64,000 bases of DNA from Bacteriovoracia bacterium (GCA_050251055.1 JBFWNL010000001.1:139825-203824), one strand, 5' to 3'; counted from the stretch's first letter, positions 1 to 9,528 are shown. The notes: a model not told the origin generated them from the letters alone. A program made the numbers and translations.

Positions 1-342
1 TCCTGCGGCGGCATCCAAGCGCGACTTTGGTTTAAGCGGGGTGCCGAGTGGGCTTGCGTGGGCTCGAGTCAACCGGCGAGCGAAGATTCGCGCGAGTGGA
101 TCGATCAGGTCGTGGCCAAGCAAATCTCCCAGCCGCAGATGCTCACGGAACGGGTGTTCGTTTGCCCCGTAGAGAGTGATGCCTATCTGATCTTGAACGG
201 CGAAGGCGCCCAGCTCGTGGAAGGGAAGTATTTGTTGGGGGTCGCTCGTTCGCTGCACGGGTACTTGCTCTCGCAACGCGCCCGGGCCGCGGCACCGATA
301 TCAACGCCCGCGTCCACGGCGACCGTCACGGACGCCGCTTAG
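1..342 (+). CDS. C-terminal part of a hypothetical protein (5' end outside window)
   Basis: Frame 1 is open from base 1 to the stop ending at 342; no recognisable motif. Confidence 0.55.
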   Translation, partial: SCGGIQARLWFKRGAEWACVGSSQPASEDSREWIDQVVAKQISQPQMLTERVFVCPVESDAYLILNGEGAQLVEGKYLLGVARSLHGYLLSQRARAAAPISTPASTATVTDAA

Positions 343-381
343 TCACCAACCGACGCAAATGCGGCCTAACTGCCACGTGGT

Positions 382-1497
382 TTAGGCTCCGCGCAGATCC
401 GAGCCGACGAGCGACTTCACCTGCTGCTCGACGATATCGCGCGCCTTGGCCACGGAATCGTCCGAATCCGACCCACGAATCCAGCCCATCACCAGGGTGA
501 AGATCTCGGGGTTGAAGTACTCGGGGAAGTTCTTGGAAGTTTCTTTCGCGTTCATGAAGGTGAAGGCCTCGCGGAGAGTGCGTTTTTCCCCGTCCCACTG
601 GCCCGAGGTGAGCGTGTCGATCAGGTCGGCCATCGCCACGAGCTGGGCCAGGTCGTCGAAGTCAAAGCCCTTGAGCTGGTTGGGATAGCCCGTGCCGTTG
701 AACTTTTCGTGGTGCTGCGCCAAGACCTTGTGGACGCGCTCGGTGACGTCGGGTGAGAACTGCCGCACCAGTTCCGAAGAGCCTGCCACGTGTTTGGCAT
801 ATTCCGCCTGGGTCGTGGCATCGTGGTTTTTTACCGGCATCGCCGCGAGCTCCACGGCCACCTGACTCACGCCCACGTCGTGGAGCAAGCCTGCCAACGC
901 CAGATCCGAGAGCATCGCCAGATCAATTTTCCCAAAAGCCATGGCAAACAGCGCCGTGTAGTTGGCGACGTTCACGGAGTGCTCCATCTGGGGATCGTAG
1001 TCGGCCATTTTCCAGAGCTCGTCCATCAGTTCTTGGGCCGGGTTCTGGACCTGGGCGAGGACCTCGCGAACGGTGTCGTTGACCTTTTTGTCTTCGGTTT
1101 TTTGCTCGTCGAGCGTTTTCGCCTCCATCGCATTTTGAATGACATCCACGGCAACCTCGGCGACGACGGCTTGCTTCTGGGGCTCAGTTAGATGGGGGGA
1201 GGCGAGCACTTGGGCGATGACGATACCGGCAGCCGGCACATCGGGGATCTTCGGGGGGCCCTGGAGGTAGAGCTCGTAGGCTCCGCGCTGCGAGTTATGG
1301 ATCCAGCACTGCTGGAGCCCCTTTTCCGTGTAACGGGTGAAGAAAGGCGCGGTCAGGTAGTCACCTTCGGGCTTCCAGAGCACGATGTGTTGGTTCATCT
1401 GGAAGTAAAGGTGCAGGTCAAACGTAATGACGGTGTCGGGCGTGAGCCCCGCGAAAGGGACCGAGAAGTAGTCTTGGATGTTCTTGGAGCGCAACAT
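382..1497 (-). CDS. HD-GYP domain cyclic-dinucleotide phosphodiesterase
   Basis: EHSVNVA, LLHDVG and HHEKFNGTGYP motifs; start abuts the stop of the upstream gene. Confidence 0.9.
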   Translation of the reverse strand: MLRSKNIQDYFSVPFAGLTPDTVITFDLHLYFQMNQHIVLWKPEGDYLTAPFFTRYTEKGLQQCWIHNSQRGAYELYLQGPPKIPDVPAAGIVIAQVLASPHLTEPQKQAVVAEVAVDVIQNAMEAKTLDEQKTEDKKVNDTVREVLAQVQNPAQELMDELWKMADYDPQMEHSVNVANYTALFAMAFGKIDLAMLSDLALAGLLHDVGVSQVAVELAAMPVKNHDATTQAEYAKHVAGSSELVRQFSPDVTERVHKVLAQHHEKFNGTGYPNQLKGFDFDDLAQLVAMADLIDTLTSGQWDGEKRTLREAFTFMNAKETSKNFPEYFNPEIFTLVMGWIRGSDSDDSVAKARDIVEQQVKSLVGSDLRGA

Positions 1498-2919
1498 CTA
1501 GCCGACCTCGCGCTTTTTGATACCTTGGACGACGGCGGCGATTTGGCGAATCCACTCGAGCTGCTGGTTTTCGAGCGCTTGCATCTGGCGCTGCACGCGC
1601 AGGATTTCAGCCTTCGTGCCCGGAACCTTCGCTAGCTCCCCCAAACGCCGCTCGAAATCGGCCAGCTGGTTTTGGGCGTCCGCCACGCGGACCTTGAAGG
1701 TTTCGAGCAGGCTCTCCATATCAAGCGGCTCGATCGGGGCGGGAGCGCCTACGCCGCCCATGCGAAACTCACGCAGCTGATGATCACGCTCGGCGATCTG
1801 CTGGCGGTAGTCGCGAATTTCGGACGCTGCCTCGGCGAGCGCACGCTCGCGCGCCTTTTCGCGGGCAATGGATGCTTGGGTTTCCAGCTCGCGCGCGTTG
1901 GCCTTTCGATCCACCCCTTTGGGCATGGGTAGGTGACGCGGGTGGGGGCTGCCTTCCGCCTCGATGTAGGGCGGCTCCTTCACGAGCTGATTGTTGATGC
2001 TTTCGACAATCAGCGTGTGCACGCCATGGATTTTTTCGGCAGGCGCGGTCGAGAAAAAAACCAGGGTAAGCTCGGCCTGCGAGCTCTCCGCGACCATGTG
2101 CAGGCGCACGAGATCGGCGTATTTCATGAGCAGCTGGCTGCCTTGCGTGTGTTGCGCAAGCGAAGGCCAAAAGGCTTTGATCGCATCGGTGGGGTTGCGC
2201 CATTGGGGCGCGTTGAAGCAGAGACGAATGGCGAGCGTGCCGGGTTCAATGGCGACTTGGAAATAAGCTTTCGCGGTGTGGGTGGTGATGGCGGTGGCGA
2301 GTTCGCTGTTGCCGATGCCGTCTTCGAAAACGATGCTCCAGAGCGCGGTCAAGCAGATGCGAATCGAATTGATGCGGGAGCTCCAGCTCGTGCCCTTCAT
2401 CTCGCTCAGCTTGAAAAGATTTTCTTCTTGGGCGCCTTGCCGATTCATCCAGGTGTCGCAATAGACCAGGGTGTTGGAATCGAGCAGGGGAAATACCCCG
2501 GAGCGGCTTTTTTCGTCGGCCAATGAGTTTACGACGAGCTTCAGCTCGCGACCGCTGAGCTGGTCAAAGTCGATCAGTAAGGTGCGCAGGTGAGGGTTCT
2601 GGATGGCTTCGAGCTCGCCCACGGGCAGGGGATCGAGGAAGTATCCCGCGAAGCACGGACCCTGCGTGCGCGTACGGCCAAAGTAGCCGTCGACCTTGCT
2701 CCATTCGAAGTATTTGTGCCAAGGCGCGAGCACCAATGAGTATGGCTTGGCTTCGAGCTTGGCGACCATCTGCTCGTCGGTGGTGGTGGCTTTCAAAAGC
2801 TCAACGACGGCATCGATGCGTAGCGCATTGAGCTTGGTCGCGAACACGGCCGCCTTCTGCGCGGAAGCGCGGTCGTCCGCGATGATCGCGATCGTGCCGA
2901 GTTTTTTTTCTATGCTCAT
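1498..2919 (-). CDS. Hypothetical protein with degenerate receiver-like N-terminus and C-terminal coiled coil
   Basis: 473-aa ORF; IAIIADD start resembles a receiver beta1 strand; E/Q/R-rich heptad C-terminus. Confidence 0.75.
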   Translation of the reverse strand: MSIEKKLGTIAIIADDRASAQKAAVFATKLNALRIDAVVELLKATTTDEQMVAKLEAKPYSLVLAPWHKYFEWSKVDGYFGRTRTQGPCFAGYFLDPLPVGELEAIQNPHLRTLLIDFDQLSGRELKLVVNSLADEKSRSGVFPLLDSNTLVYCDTWMNRQGAQEENLFKLSEMKGTSWSSRINSIRICLTALWSIVFEDGIGNSELATAITTHTAKAYFQVAIEPGTLAIRLCFNAPQWRNPTDAIKAFWPSLAQHTQGSQLLMKYADLVRLHMVAESSQAELTLVFFSTAPAEKIHGVHTLIVESINNQLVKEPPYIEAEGSPHPRHLPMPKGVDRKANARELETQASIAREKARERALAEAASEIRDYRQQIAERDHQLREFRMGGVGAPAPIEPLDMESLLETFKVRVADAQNQLADFERRLGELAKVPGTKAEILRVQRQMQALENQQLEWIRQIAAVVQGIKKREVG

Positions 2920-2954
2920 CGGTCCCCGCTCATTGGCCTAACCCCATCAGCAAC

Positions 2955-2981
2955 GTATCGGTATTTCAGGAGAGTAAATTA
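2955..2981 (-). promoter_or_regulatory. Putative sigma28 (FliA) promoter for the hypothetical/HD-GYP operon
   Basis: Minus strand TAAT-N15-ACCGATAC versus consensus TAAA-N15-GCCGATAA. Confidence 0.5.
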
Positions 2982-3118
2982 AGCTAAAAAGATCAATAAT
3001 TATAATTAGTTAAGCTAAATTCAGAGGCCCCACCTTAGGGAGAGGTAGCAGCGAGAAAGCCAGGTAAACCCTCGTTTTGTTTGGAATTCCAAGCGGAGTT
3101 CTGGGTATAACTTGGGGT

Positions 3119-4687
3119 ATGAATCCCGTCCAATACACCACGACCGCGATCGTCTATCCGAACTCGCGCGTGCACGTGGGCTGGGGCTGGGAGTGCCTGG
3201 GCGCCGATTGGCGAAATCGCGTAGCAAGCGCGCTGGGGATGGAGACCTACTTCGCCACCGGCATGGACGAGCACTCGTTAAACGTCCAGCGCGCGGCGGA
3301 AGCCAAGGGCCTGACCCCGCAAGTTTACTGCGATCAGATGTCCGAAGACATTCAAAAGGTGCTGGGCCAGATGAAGCTCAGTTATGATCGCTTCATTCGT
3401 ACTTCCGATGCCGATCACCATCGAGTCGTCGAGCAGCTGATCCAAAAGTCATTCGCCAAGGGCGACATTTACCCGGCCAAGTATGAAGGGCAGTACTGCG
3501 ACGGCTGCGAGGTGTATTACACCGAGAAAGACCTCGTGAACGGCGTGTGCCCCCAGCACAAGACGCCGACGCGCTTCGTATCGGAAGAAAATTTCTTCTT
3601 CAAGCTCACGAAGTATAAAGACGCGCTTCTGAAGCTGCTCGAGGACAATCCGGACTTCATTCGTCCCGCTTTTCGAAAGGGCGAGGTGCTCACGTTCATC
3701 AAGGAAGTGAAGGACTTCTCGGTTTCGCGCTCGACCTTCACGTGGGGGATCCCCCTGCCTTTTGATAGGAAGCAGGTGATTTACGTTTGGTTCGACGCGT
3801 TGATCAATTACCTCACCGCCGCGGGGATTGAAGCGAAGCTCAAAGACCCCGGGTCGTCGGGAGCGCGCGAGTTTGACGCGCGTTGGGCGAACGTGCTGCA
3901 TGTTATCGGTAAGGATATCTCCCGGTTTCATTGCGTCTTCTGGCCCGCGATGCTCATGTCCATGGAGCTACCGATGCCGAAGGGCGTTTTCATCCATGGC
4001 TTCATCAATATGAAGGGCGAGAAGATGTCCAAGAGCCTGGGCAACTACGTCACGCCCGACGAGGTGATTGGCGCCGTGGGCGTGGATGCGTTTCGTTACT
4101 ACCTGCTCGCGGAAAACCAGTTCTCCAACGATGGCAACTTCGAATGGGAAGCGCTCTACTTGAAGTGCAACGCGGATCTCGCCAACGACTGGGGTAATCT
4201 CGTCAACCGCACGATCAGCATGGCCCGGAAGTATTTCCCGGAAGGGGGATTGAAGCCAGGCACGGCCGCCGTTTCGGCCGGCGTTCGCGAGTCGTTCGCG
4301 CGCCTGGTGCCAGAACTGCGCAAGCGCTGGGATGAGATGGACCCGTCGGGTTACATCACGCTTTGTCGTGAGCGTTCGCGGGTGCTCAATTTATTCATCG
4401 ATCAAACGAAGCCCTGGGCGCTCGCCAAGCAGACGACGCCCGAAGCCAAGGCCGAACTCGCCGAAGTGTTGGCCACCGTGCTCGAGGGAATCCGCTGGAT
4501 CGCGACCGCGTTCCTGCCGGTATTGCCCGAGGGTATGCCGAAGGTGTTCGAGCAGCTAGGGGTGCCCGTGCCGGTTGAAAAGAGCGCGCTCGTGCGGCTC
4601 GAATGGGGCGCTTATGCCTATTCACCGAATGCACCTTCGCCGATTTATCCACGCCTGGAACTGGCGAAGGAGAGCCCGCAAGCATGA
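3119..4687 (+). CDS. metG: Methionine--tRNA ligase (short form)
   Basis: TGMDEH, FIRTS, CDGC/CPQH knuckle, YVWFDALINY, IGKDI and KMSKSLGN; HIGH position reads HVGW; ATG 3119 preferred over TTG 3077. Confidence 0.93.
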   Translation: MNPVQYTTTAIVYPNSRVHVGWGWECLGADWRNRVASALGMETYFATGMDEHSLNVQRAAEAKGLTPQVYCDQMSEDIQKVLGQMKLSYDRFIRTSDADHHRVVEQLIQKSFAKGDIYPAKYEGQYCDGCEVYYTEKDLVNGVCPQHKTPTRFVSEENFFFKLTKYKDALLKLLEDNPDFIRPAFRKGEVLTFIKEVKDFSVSRSTFTWGIPLPFDRKQVIYVWFDALINYLTAAGIEAKLKDPGSSGAREFDARWANVLHVIGKDISRFHCVFWPAMLMSMELPMPKGVFIHGFINMKGEKMSKSLGNYVTPDEVIGAVGVDAFRYYLLAENQFSNDGNFEWEALYLKCNADLANDWGNLVNRTISMARKYFPEGGLKPGTAAVSAGVRESFARLVPELRKRWDEMDPSGYITLCRERSRVLNLFIDQTKPWALAKQTTPEAKAELAEVLATVLEGIRWIATAFLPVLPEGMPKVFEQLGVPVPVEKSALVRLEWGAYAYSPNAPSPIYPRLELAKESPQA

Positions 4688-6018
4688 GTTTAAAGGGGGG
4701 ATGGACGTGGTTGGGGGCTTTCGTCGTGTTCGGGGTCGTGGGAGCGGCGTCGGCGGCGGATCAGACTAATCGCGAAATCGTCCGCACCTTTGCCAACTTT
4801 TATTTCCAGCAAGGTGAGTACGCCCAAGGCCAGAATTATTTGATGCAATACCTGGAGACGGACGCGGGTGACGTGGGCGCCTGGAATCTGCTGGGCATTT
4901 TCTTCGCGGAGACGAACGAGTTTAAGAAAGCACAGCAAGCGTTTTATCACGCGGCGAAAAACTCCACCGGCGAGGACCGGGGGATTTACCTCTACCACTA
5001 CGCCGACGCGCTAGCGCGAAATGGCGACATGAACGAAGCCAAGAAGAGTTTGGAACTCGCGCGCGCCTATCCCACCGTGACGGTCGCCGCCGACGCCGCG
5101 CTCGATACGTTGACGGCGGGCAAGCCGTTGCCGGATCTGGAACTTGATAAACCGGGCAAGTGGAGCGTGCTGGGAACTTTGGGTACGGGTTACGACACGA
5201 ACGTTCTGCTTTCTTCTGATACGTCGCTCGCGTCAACGACGACGACGAATGCCGCGAGCTTGTTTTCTTCACTCACCGCCCAGGCGCTTTACACCAAGGA
5301 AGTCTGGGGTGGCCGTGGCAATGCGCGCACTTCGGCGGGTTACACGTATTATTTTAGCTCGGATGCTCGAACCTACAACAGCCTAGGGGTGGTGCTCGCC
5401 GCCGACTGGGGGCGTCCCCTCAAGACGCTCACCGGCTGGACCTTTAGTTACGGCAACGAATTTTCCCTCAATTACCTTAACTACAACGGCTTCCGGTTCT
5501 ATAACTGGTCCGACGCACTAAGCGCGACCGCGAAGCTGCAAATCGATTTGCGCTCGGAAGTGGAATTTAAGCTCCCGCTGCGCTACCAAAAATTCAAGTT
5601 CGATACCGGGGATGACGCCGCAGATGACCGTACGGGTTTCGCGCTACCCGTGGAAGTGACTTATCGACGTTACGTTGATGCGAACGTATTGAGCGCCGGA
5701 TTGAAGTACGAGCGGCTCTTGGCCAGTGGCGCGAACTACCGCTCCCATACGTTCAGCCTACCCCTCAGCTGGACGCGACTGCTTCCTTGGGAGCTTTACT
5801 GGGGGCTGGGGTTAGAGGGCGCCCGCGTTACCTATCCGGAATCAAGCACGGGCCGTGCCGATACCTATCTGCGACTCTCCACGAGCTTTACCCGGGTGTT
5901 TTCAAGCGAGTTGAGCGGCACCCTGAGCTACGGATTTCAACGCAATATCTCAAACGTCGCGTCCGCGCAGTATGGCAAGCACGCGGTCTCGATCCTGGTG
6001 ACCTATGGATTTTTATAA
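4684..6018 (+). CDS. TPR-containing outer-membrane beta-barrel protein (Slam/DUF560-like architecture)
   Basis: Signal peptide, TPR helices (AWNLLG), then GTGYDTNV barrel start, amphipathic strands and aromatic C-terminus; ATGA overlap with metG. Confidence 0.7.
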   Translation: MSLKGGWTWLGAFVVFGVVGAASAADQTNREIVRTFANFYFQQGEYAQGQNYLMQYLETDAGDVGAWNLLGIFFAETNEFKKAQQAFYHAAKNSTGEDRGIYLYHYADALARNGDMNEAKKSLELARAYPTVTVAADAALDTLTAGKPLPDLELDKPGKWSVLGTLGTGYDTNVLLSSDTSLASTTTTNAASLFSSLTAQALYTKEVWGGRGNARTSAGYTYYFSSDARTYNSLGVVLAADWGRPLKTLTGWTFSYGNEFSLNYLNYNGFRFYNWSDALSATAKLQIDLRSEVEFKLPLRYQKFKFDTGDDAADDRTGFALPVEVTYRRYVDANVLSAGLKYERLLASGANYRSHTFSLPLSWTRLLPWELYWGLGLEGARVTYPESSTGRADTYLRLSTSFTRVFSSELSGTLSYGFQRNISNVASAQYGKHAVSILVTYGFL

Positions 6019-6019
6019 G

Positions 6020-6883
6020 ATGAAGGCAGGCGTACTCATTTTCATCGGGCTCATCGGATCGCCCGGGTTAGCGTGTTTCGCCGGGGCGGCCGAAATCCCC
6101 AAGGCGCCGGTGGGTCCGGTAGTAGGCAATATCGCGTTCGCCCTTGGCGACGTATTCGTCGATCGCGCGCGCGCCAAGAACGGCACGCCATTGCGATTGG
6201 GCTCCCTCGTGACAACCGACGTGGGTAAGGCGACTTTGCTCTTGGGGAAGTCGACGGTGATGCACCTCGATGCTGAAAGCCAGCTCAAGATCACCCAGTA
6301 TGTGTTGGAGCACGGGAAGGAAGAGTCCGCCCAGCTCGACCTGCGTTACGGAAAAACGCGCGCGCTCATCTTCAATAAGGGCGTGACCAAGAAGAATTTC
6401 CAAATCAAGACCAAAGCCGCGGTGATGGGAGTGCGGGGCACGCACGTCTACGTCGACGCCCCTCGCGGCGCGAACGAGGCTGCGAGCTTTATGACCGTGG
6501 AAGGGGAGGCGAAGGTTTCGTTCCTGTCGCCCGCTCCGACGGCCGGCGCGGCCCCGCCGGCCCCCGTGTCCGAAGTCACGCTGCGATCCAATGATTTCGT
6601 GAAGGGCGACACGCCGGGAAGCGATAGTAAAGCAGGGGAGCCGCCTCCCGTACTGAAGTTACCGCCGGGCGAAGTTCAGGAATTGGCGAATCACGTCGCG
6701 CCGCCGCCCCCCGAACTGCGCACACGGGGAGAAGCCCATGAATTTGGGATCCACGGACCACCGCCGTTTCCGGTGGGACCGCCGGGGCCTTTGCTTCCTC
6801 CACCCCCTCCACCGCCGCCGCCTATTGATCCGCTCACGAATATGGCGCCGATGATCTTACGAATCAAAGGAACGGTTCAATGA
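6020..6883 (+). CDS. FecR-domain periplasmic protein with Pro-rich C-terminus
   Basis: Signal peptide; FQIKTKAAVMGVRGT FecR signature; poly-Pro tail. Confidence 0.85.
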   Translation: MKAGVLIFIGLIGSPGLACFAGAAEIPKAPVGPVVGNIAFALGDVFVDRARAKNGTPLRLGSLVTTDVGKATLLLGKSTVMHLDAESQLKITQYVLEHGKEESAQLDLRYGKTRALIFNKGVTKKNFQIKTKAAVMGVRGTHVYVDAPRGANEAASFMTVEGEAKVSFLSPAPTAGAAPPAPVSEVTLRSNDFVKGDTPGSDSKAGEPPPVLKLPPGEVQELANHVAPPPPELRTRGEAHEFGIHGPPPFPVGPPGPLLPPPPPPPPPIDPLTNMAPMILRIKGTVQ

Positions 6884-7740
6884 AGAGATATTTCGCACTT
6901 TGCCTTTGGATGGGAGCTTTAGCCAGTTGCGGACCCCGAGTCCCCGATGGGTACGTGGAAGTGCGGCTCTCGAGTGGCTCTCGCTTGTTGCCGGGCGCGC
7001 TCACCAGGCTTTTCGATCCGAAGCCATCGTACGTGAATATCTGTAACCAGGTTCCCATGCGGGTGGGATATCTCGGCCCCGGTGTTCCGCAACCGTTCTT
7101 TATGACGGTGAATGGTAGCCTGGACATGGATCTAGTGACGACCGCGGGCACCGAGGCGATGAACTTTGACGTCAATATGCTCGTGCTGAAGGGACCGCAG
7201 CGGCGCTTTGTGATTTTTGGTAAGTATGCGCTCGATCCTACGGCGCTGACTTGCACACCGTCTTTGCCTCCTACCTCTAGCGCGGACCAGCATTTCCCAC
7301 TCTATTTCAAGTCAAATCCTGTAGATATCGTGAATGGCTCATTACATGAGTTAAACTTGCAGTTACCTTCGGTTAATGCCGAGTTTACGGTTAGTACGTC
7401 GGCCGCGCCGGCGGTGCAAGCGCCTTACGTTTATGCCAAATTTAGTGGGACTTGGTATTCGGCCGGGAGCACGGCAACGTGTGGGTCTCCGGGATATGAC
7501 ACAGTGGTCTTTGAGGAATTAGACTCAGGACTAGGCCTAAAGCTAGGGAAATACGTTTCGGGCATTACATCGTCTTCGGATCCCGCCTACTTTGGTCCGC
7601 TGCATCCGGGAACGATGTATCGGGTTACGATGAATTGCCAAACTGGAGGTGCAAGCAGCGATTTTGCTAATGCTTGTTTCCGATCGCCTGAAACGACGGT
7701 TGGTTCGGCAGTTCCTACCGTGTTTGTACCCTGCCCGTAA
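6880..7740 (+). CDS. Hypothetical lipoprotein
   Basis: MKRYFALCLWMGALASC lipobox; ATGA overlap with the FecR gene. Confidence 0.8.
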   Translation: MKRYFALCLWMGALASCGPRVPDGYVEVRLSSGSRLLPGALTRLFDPKPSYVNICNQVPMRVGYLGPGVPQPFFMTVNGSLDMDLVTTAGTEAMNFDVNMLVLKGPQRRFVIFGKYALDPTALTCTPSLPPTSSADQHFPLYFKSNPVDIVNGSLHELNLQLPSVNAEFTVSTSAAPAVQAPYVYAKFSGTWYSAGSTATCGSPGYDTVVFEELDSGLGLKLGKYVSGITSSSDPAYFGPLHPGTMYRVTMNCQTGGASSDFANACFRSPETTVGSAVPTVFVPCP

Positions 7741-7872
7741 CGGTGACGTCGACTTTCTGACGGTCTGAGGCGCCCCCGACACATTCGCGCTCACGCCCGA
7801 AATTCTTGAGAAATCCACCTTTCCCTGGCTCTTCCCCGGGACCGCGTTAAAATATGAAGTCTGGGGCGGTGT

Positions 7873-9018
7873 ATGAACTGGATCCAAGTGTGTTTTGAAC
7901 AAAACCACATGGCCACGACTTTTCGTTTCGTCGTGAGCTGTGTCTCGACTCAGCGCGCGTTGGCCGAACGCGTGCTCGAGAGCGCGCATCGTCTCGTGTC
8001 CGCGCTGGAAGCCGAACTCACGGAATTTCAATCGACGAGTCCTATCTTTCGTTTAAATCAAGCCGCGGTGGGCGAAGCGGTGATATTGCCCGCGCATGCG
8101 CTCGGACTCTTGGCCCGTTCCGAACAATTACGCGAAGCAACCGAAGGCGCTTTCGATTGCACCGCGAAGTCGGTGACGCCGCTGGCGCCGGGGGCTCGCG
8201 TCGGTTTTGATCTTGGCGCACGCACGGCGTGGCGGAACGACACGGGCGTGCGCGTGGGTTTCGGCGCGATCGGTAAAGGCTACGCGCTCGATGAGGTGCG
8301 GCGACTGCTCGAGGCCGAGGGCTTTACGAATTACCTGCTCACGGCGGGTGGATCGAGCATTCTCTTTTCCGGCTACGCGGCCCCCCGCCAAGCTTGGGAA
8401 TGGGGTTGGAGCTGGATGAAAGACGCGCAAGGCGAAGACTTAGGCTTGCCTTTCTCGCACGAGACGGGGCAATCCGTCGCGTTGGGGATTTCCGGACTAC
8501 ACGAAAAGGGCGAGCACCTACTGGATCCCGTTCAGGGCGGCCGCGCCACCCGTGCCCGTAGTGCGCTGGTTTCCCATGCTTCGGCCGCGGATGCGGACGC
8601 GCTCTCCACCGCGCTCTTCGTCGCGGGTTGGGATCGGGCCATGGGGTTCCTGCAAAAGCTAAATGCGACGGTCGGTACGGCGTTGATTGATGAGGCCGAG
8701 ACCCCACGCTGGAACGGAATTTTTCAAGCGCTTTGGGGCGCCCCCGTCGCGAATTTTAGCGTGAAACTCGCGCTGGCCATCGCCGCGATGGGCGGTATCA
8801 TGGGCGGCATCCTCAGCACGGCGGGCTCCGCGTACGCCGAAGAGGGAATCGACCTCAGCGCCCTCGATGGCGCGGCTGAGGAGATCTTCAACCCTTACGA
8901 TTACGAGCGAAACCGTTGGTGGTTGCTGTTGCCGGTGTTCGCATTTTTGCTGGTTTGTCTGCATTTAAAGAAATTTCGGATGTATTCCAATCGAAGAAGG
9001 AAGAGCGAGGCACCATGA
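7873..9018 (+). CDS. apbE: FAD:protein FMN transferase (ApbE family) with C-terminal membrane extension
   Basis: MATT, TEGAFDCT, FGAIGKGYALD, HLLDP and ADALSTALF motifs. Confidence 0.88.
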   Translation: MNWIQVCFEQNHMATTFRFVVSCVSTQRALAERVLESAHRLVSALEAELTEFQSTSPIFRLNQAAVGEAVILPAHALGLLARSEQLREATEGAFDCTAKSVTPLAPGARVGFDLGARTAWRNDTGVRVGFGAIGKGYALDEVRRLLEAEGFTNYLLTAGGSSILFSGYAAPRQAWEWGWSWMKDAQGEDLGLPFSHETGQSVALGISGLHEKGEHLLDPVQGGRATRARSALVSHASAADADALSTALFVAGWDRAMGFLQKLNATVGTALIDEAETPRWNGIFQALWGAPVANFSVKLALAIAAMGGIMGGILSTAGSAYAEEGIDLSALDGAAEEIFNPYDYERNRWWLLLPVFAFLLVCLHLKKFRMYSNRRRKSEAP

Positions 9019-9512
9019 GGAAACCCAAGTACTTGTTAGCGATCGTGTTGGTATTGGCCTGGCTGGAGAATGCCAGCCTCCCGCGCGCGGACGCGAGCGA
9101 ATTCGAAAAGAAAAGCACGGCGCTGATGAAGGTGCTCGGCACGAAGCAGGCGTTTCCAGTCCCGGGCGCCAAAGACGCTTTTTACTCGAAGGACGCTAAG
9201 GGAAAAGTAAAGGCCTATGGCGTGGTCGAGAGCGGGATTTATCCGCCTAACTGCACGCACACGTGGGTTATTGGCATGGACGCCGGCGCGCGCGTGAAGG
9301 ATATCCGTGTGCTCGAGATGAGTTGCCCCCACGCTTTTCCGGCGAAGCAGGCTTCGTTCCTTGCTCAGTACAAAGGGAAGGGGCCGGCCGACTACGAAAA
9401 GCTGAAGGGTTCGGTCGAAACGATCGCTAAAGCCACGGGCTCGTGCGACCTCACGACGGACGCCGTGAAGCGGGCGATCAAAAACGTAGTCGCGGCGACC
9501 CGCAAGAAGTAA
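9015..9512 (+). CDS. Exported FMN-binding (flavinylation target) domain protein
   Basis: Signal peptide; FLAQYKGK...ETIAKATGSC matches FMN_bind layout; ATGA overlap with apbE. Confidence 0.75.
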   Translation: MRKPKYLLAIVLVLAWLENASLPRADASEFEKKSTALMKVLGTKQAFPVPGAKDAFYSKDAKGKVKAYGVVESGIYPPNCTHTWVIGMDAGARVKDIRVLEMSCPHAFPAKQASFLAQYKGKGPADYEKLKGSVETIAKATGSCDLTTDAVKRAIKNVVAATRKK

Positions 9513-9528
9513 CGGAGCCGCGAGCGCG

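Noticed and set aside
6755-6825. C-rich tandem repeat
   Set aside because: Simply encodes the poly-Pro tail of the FecR protein
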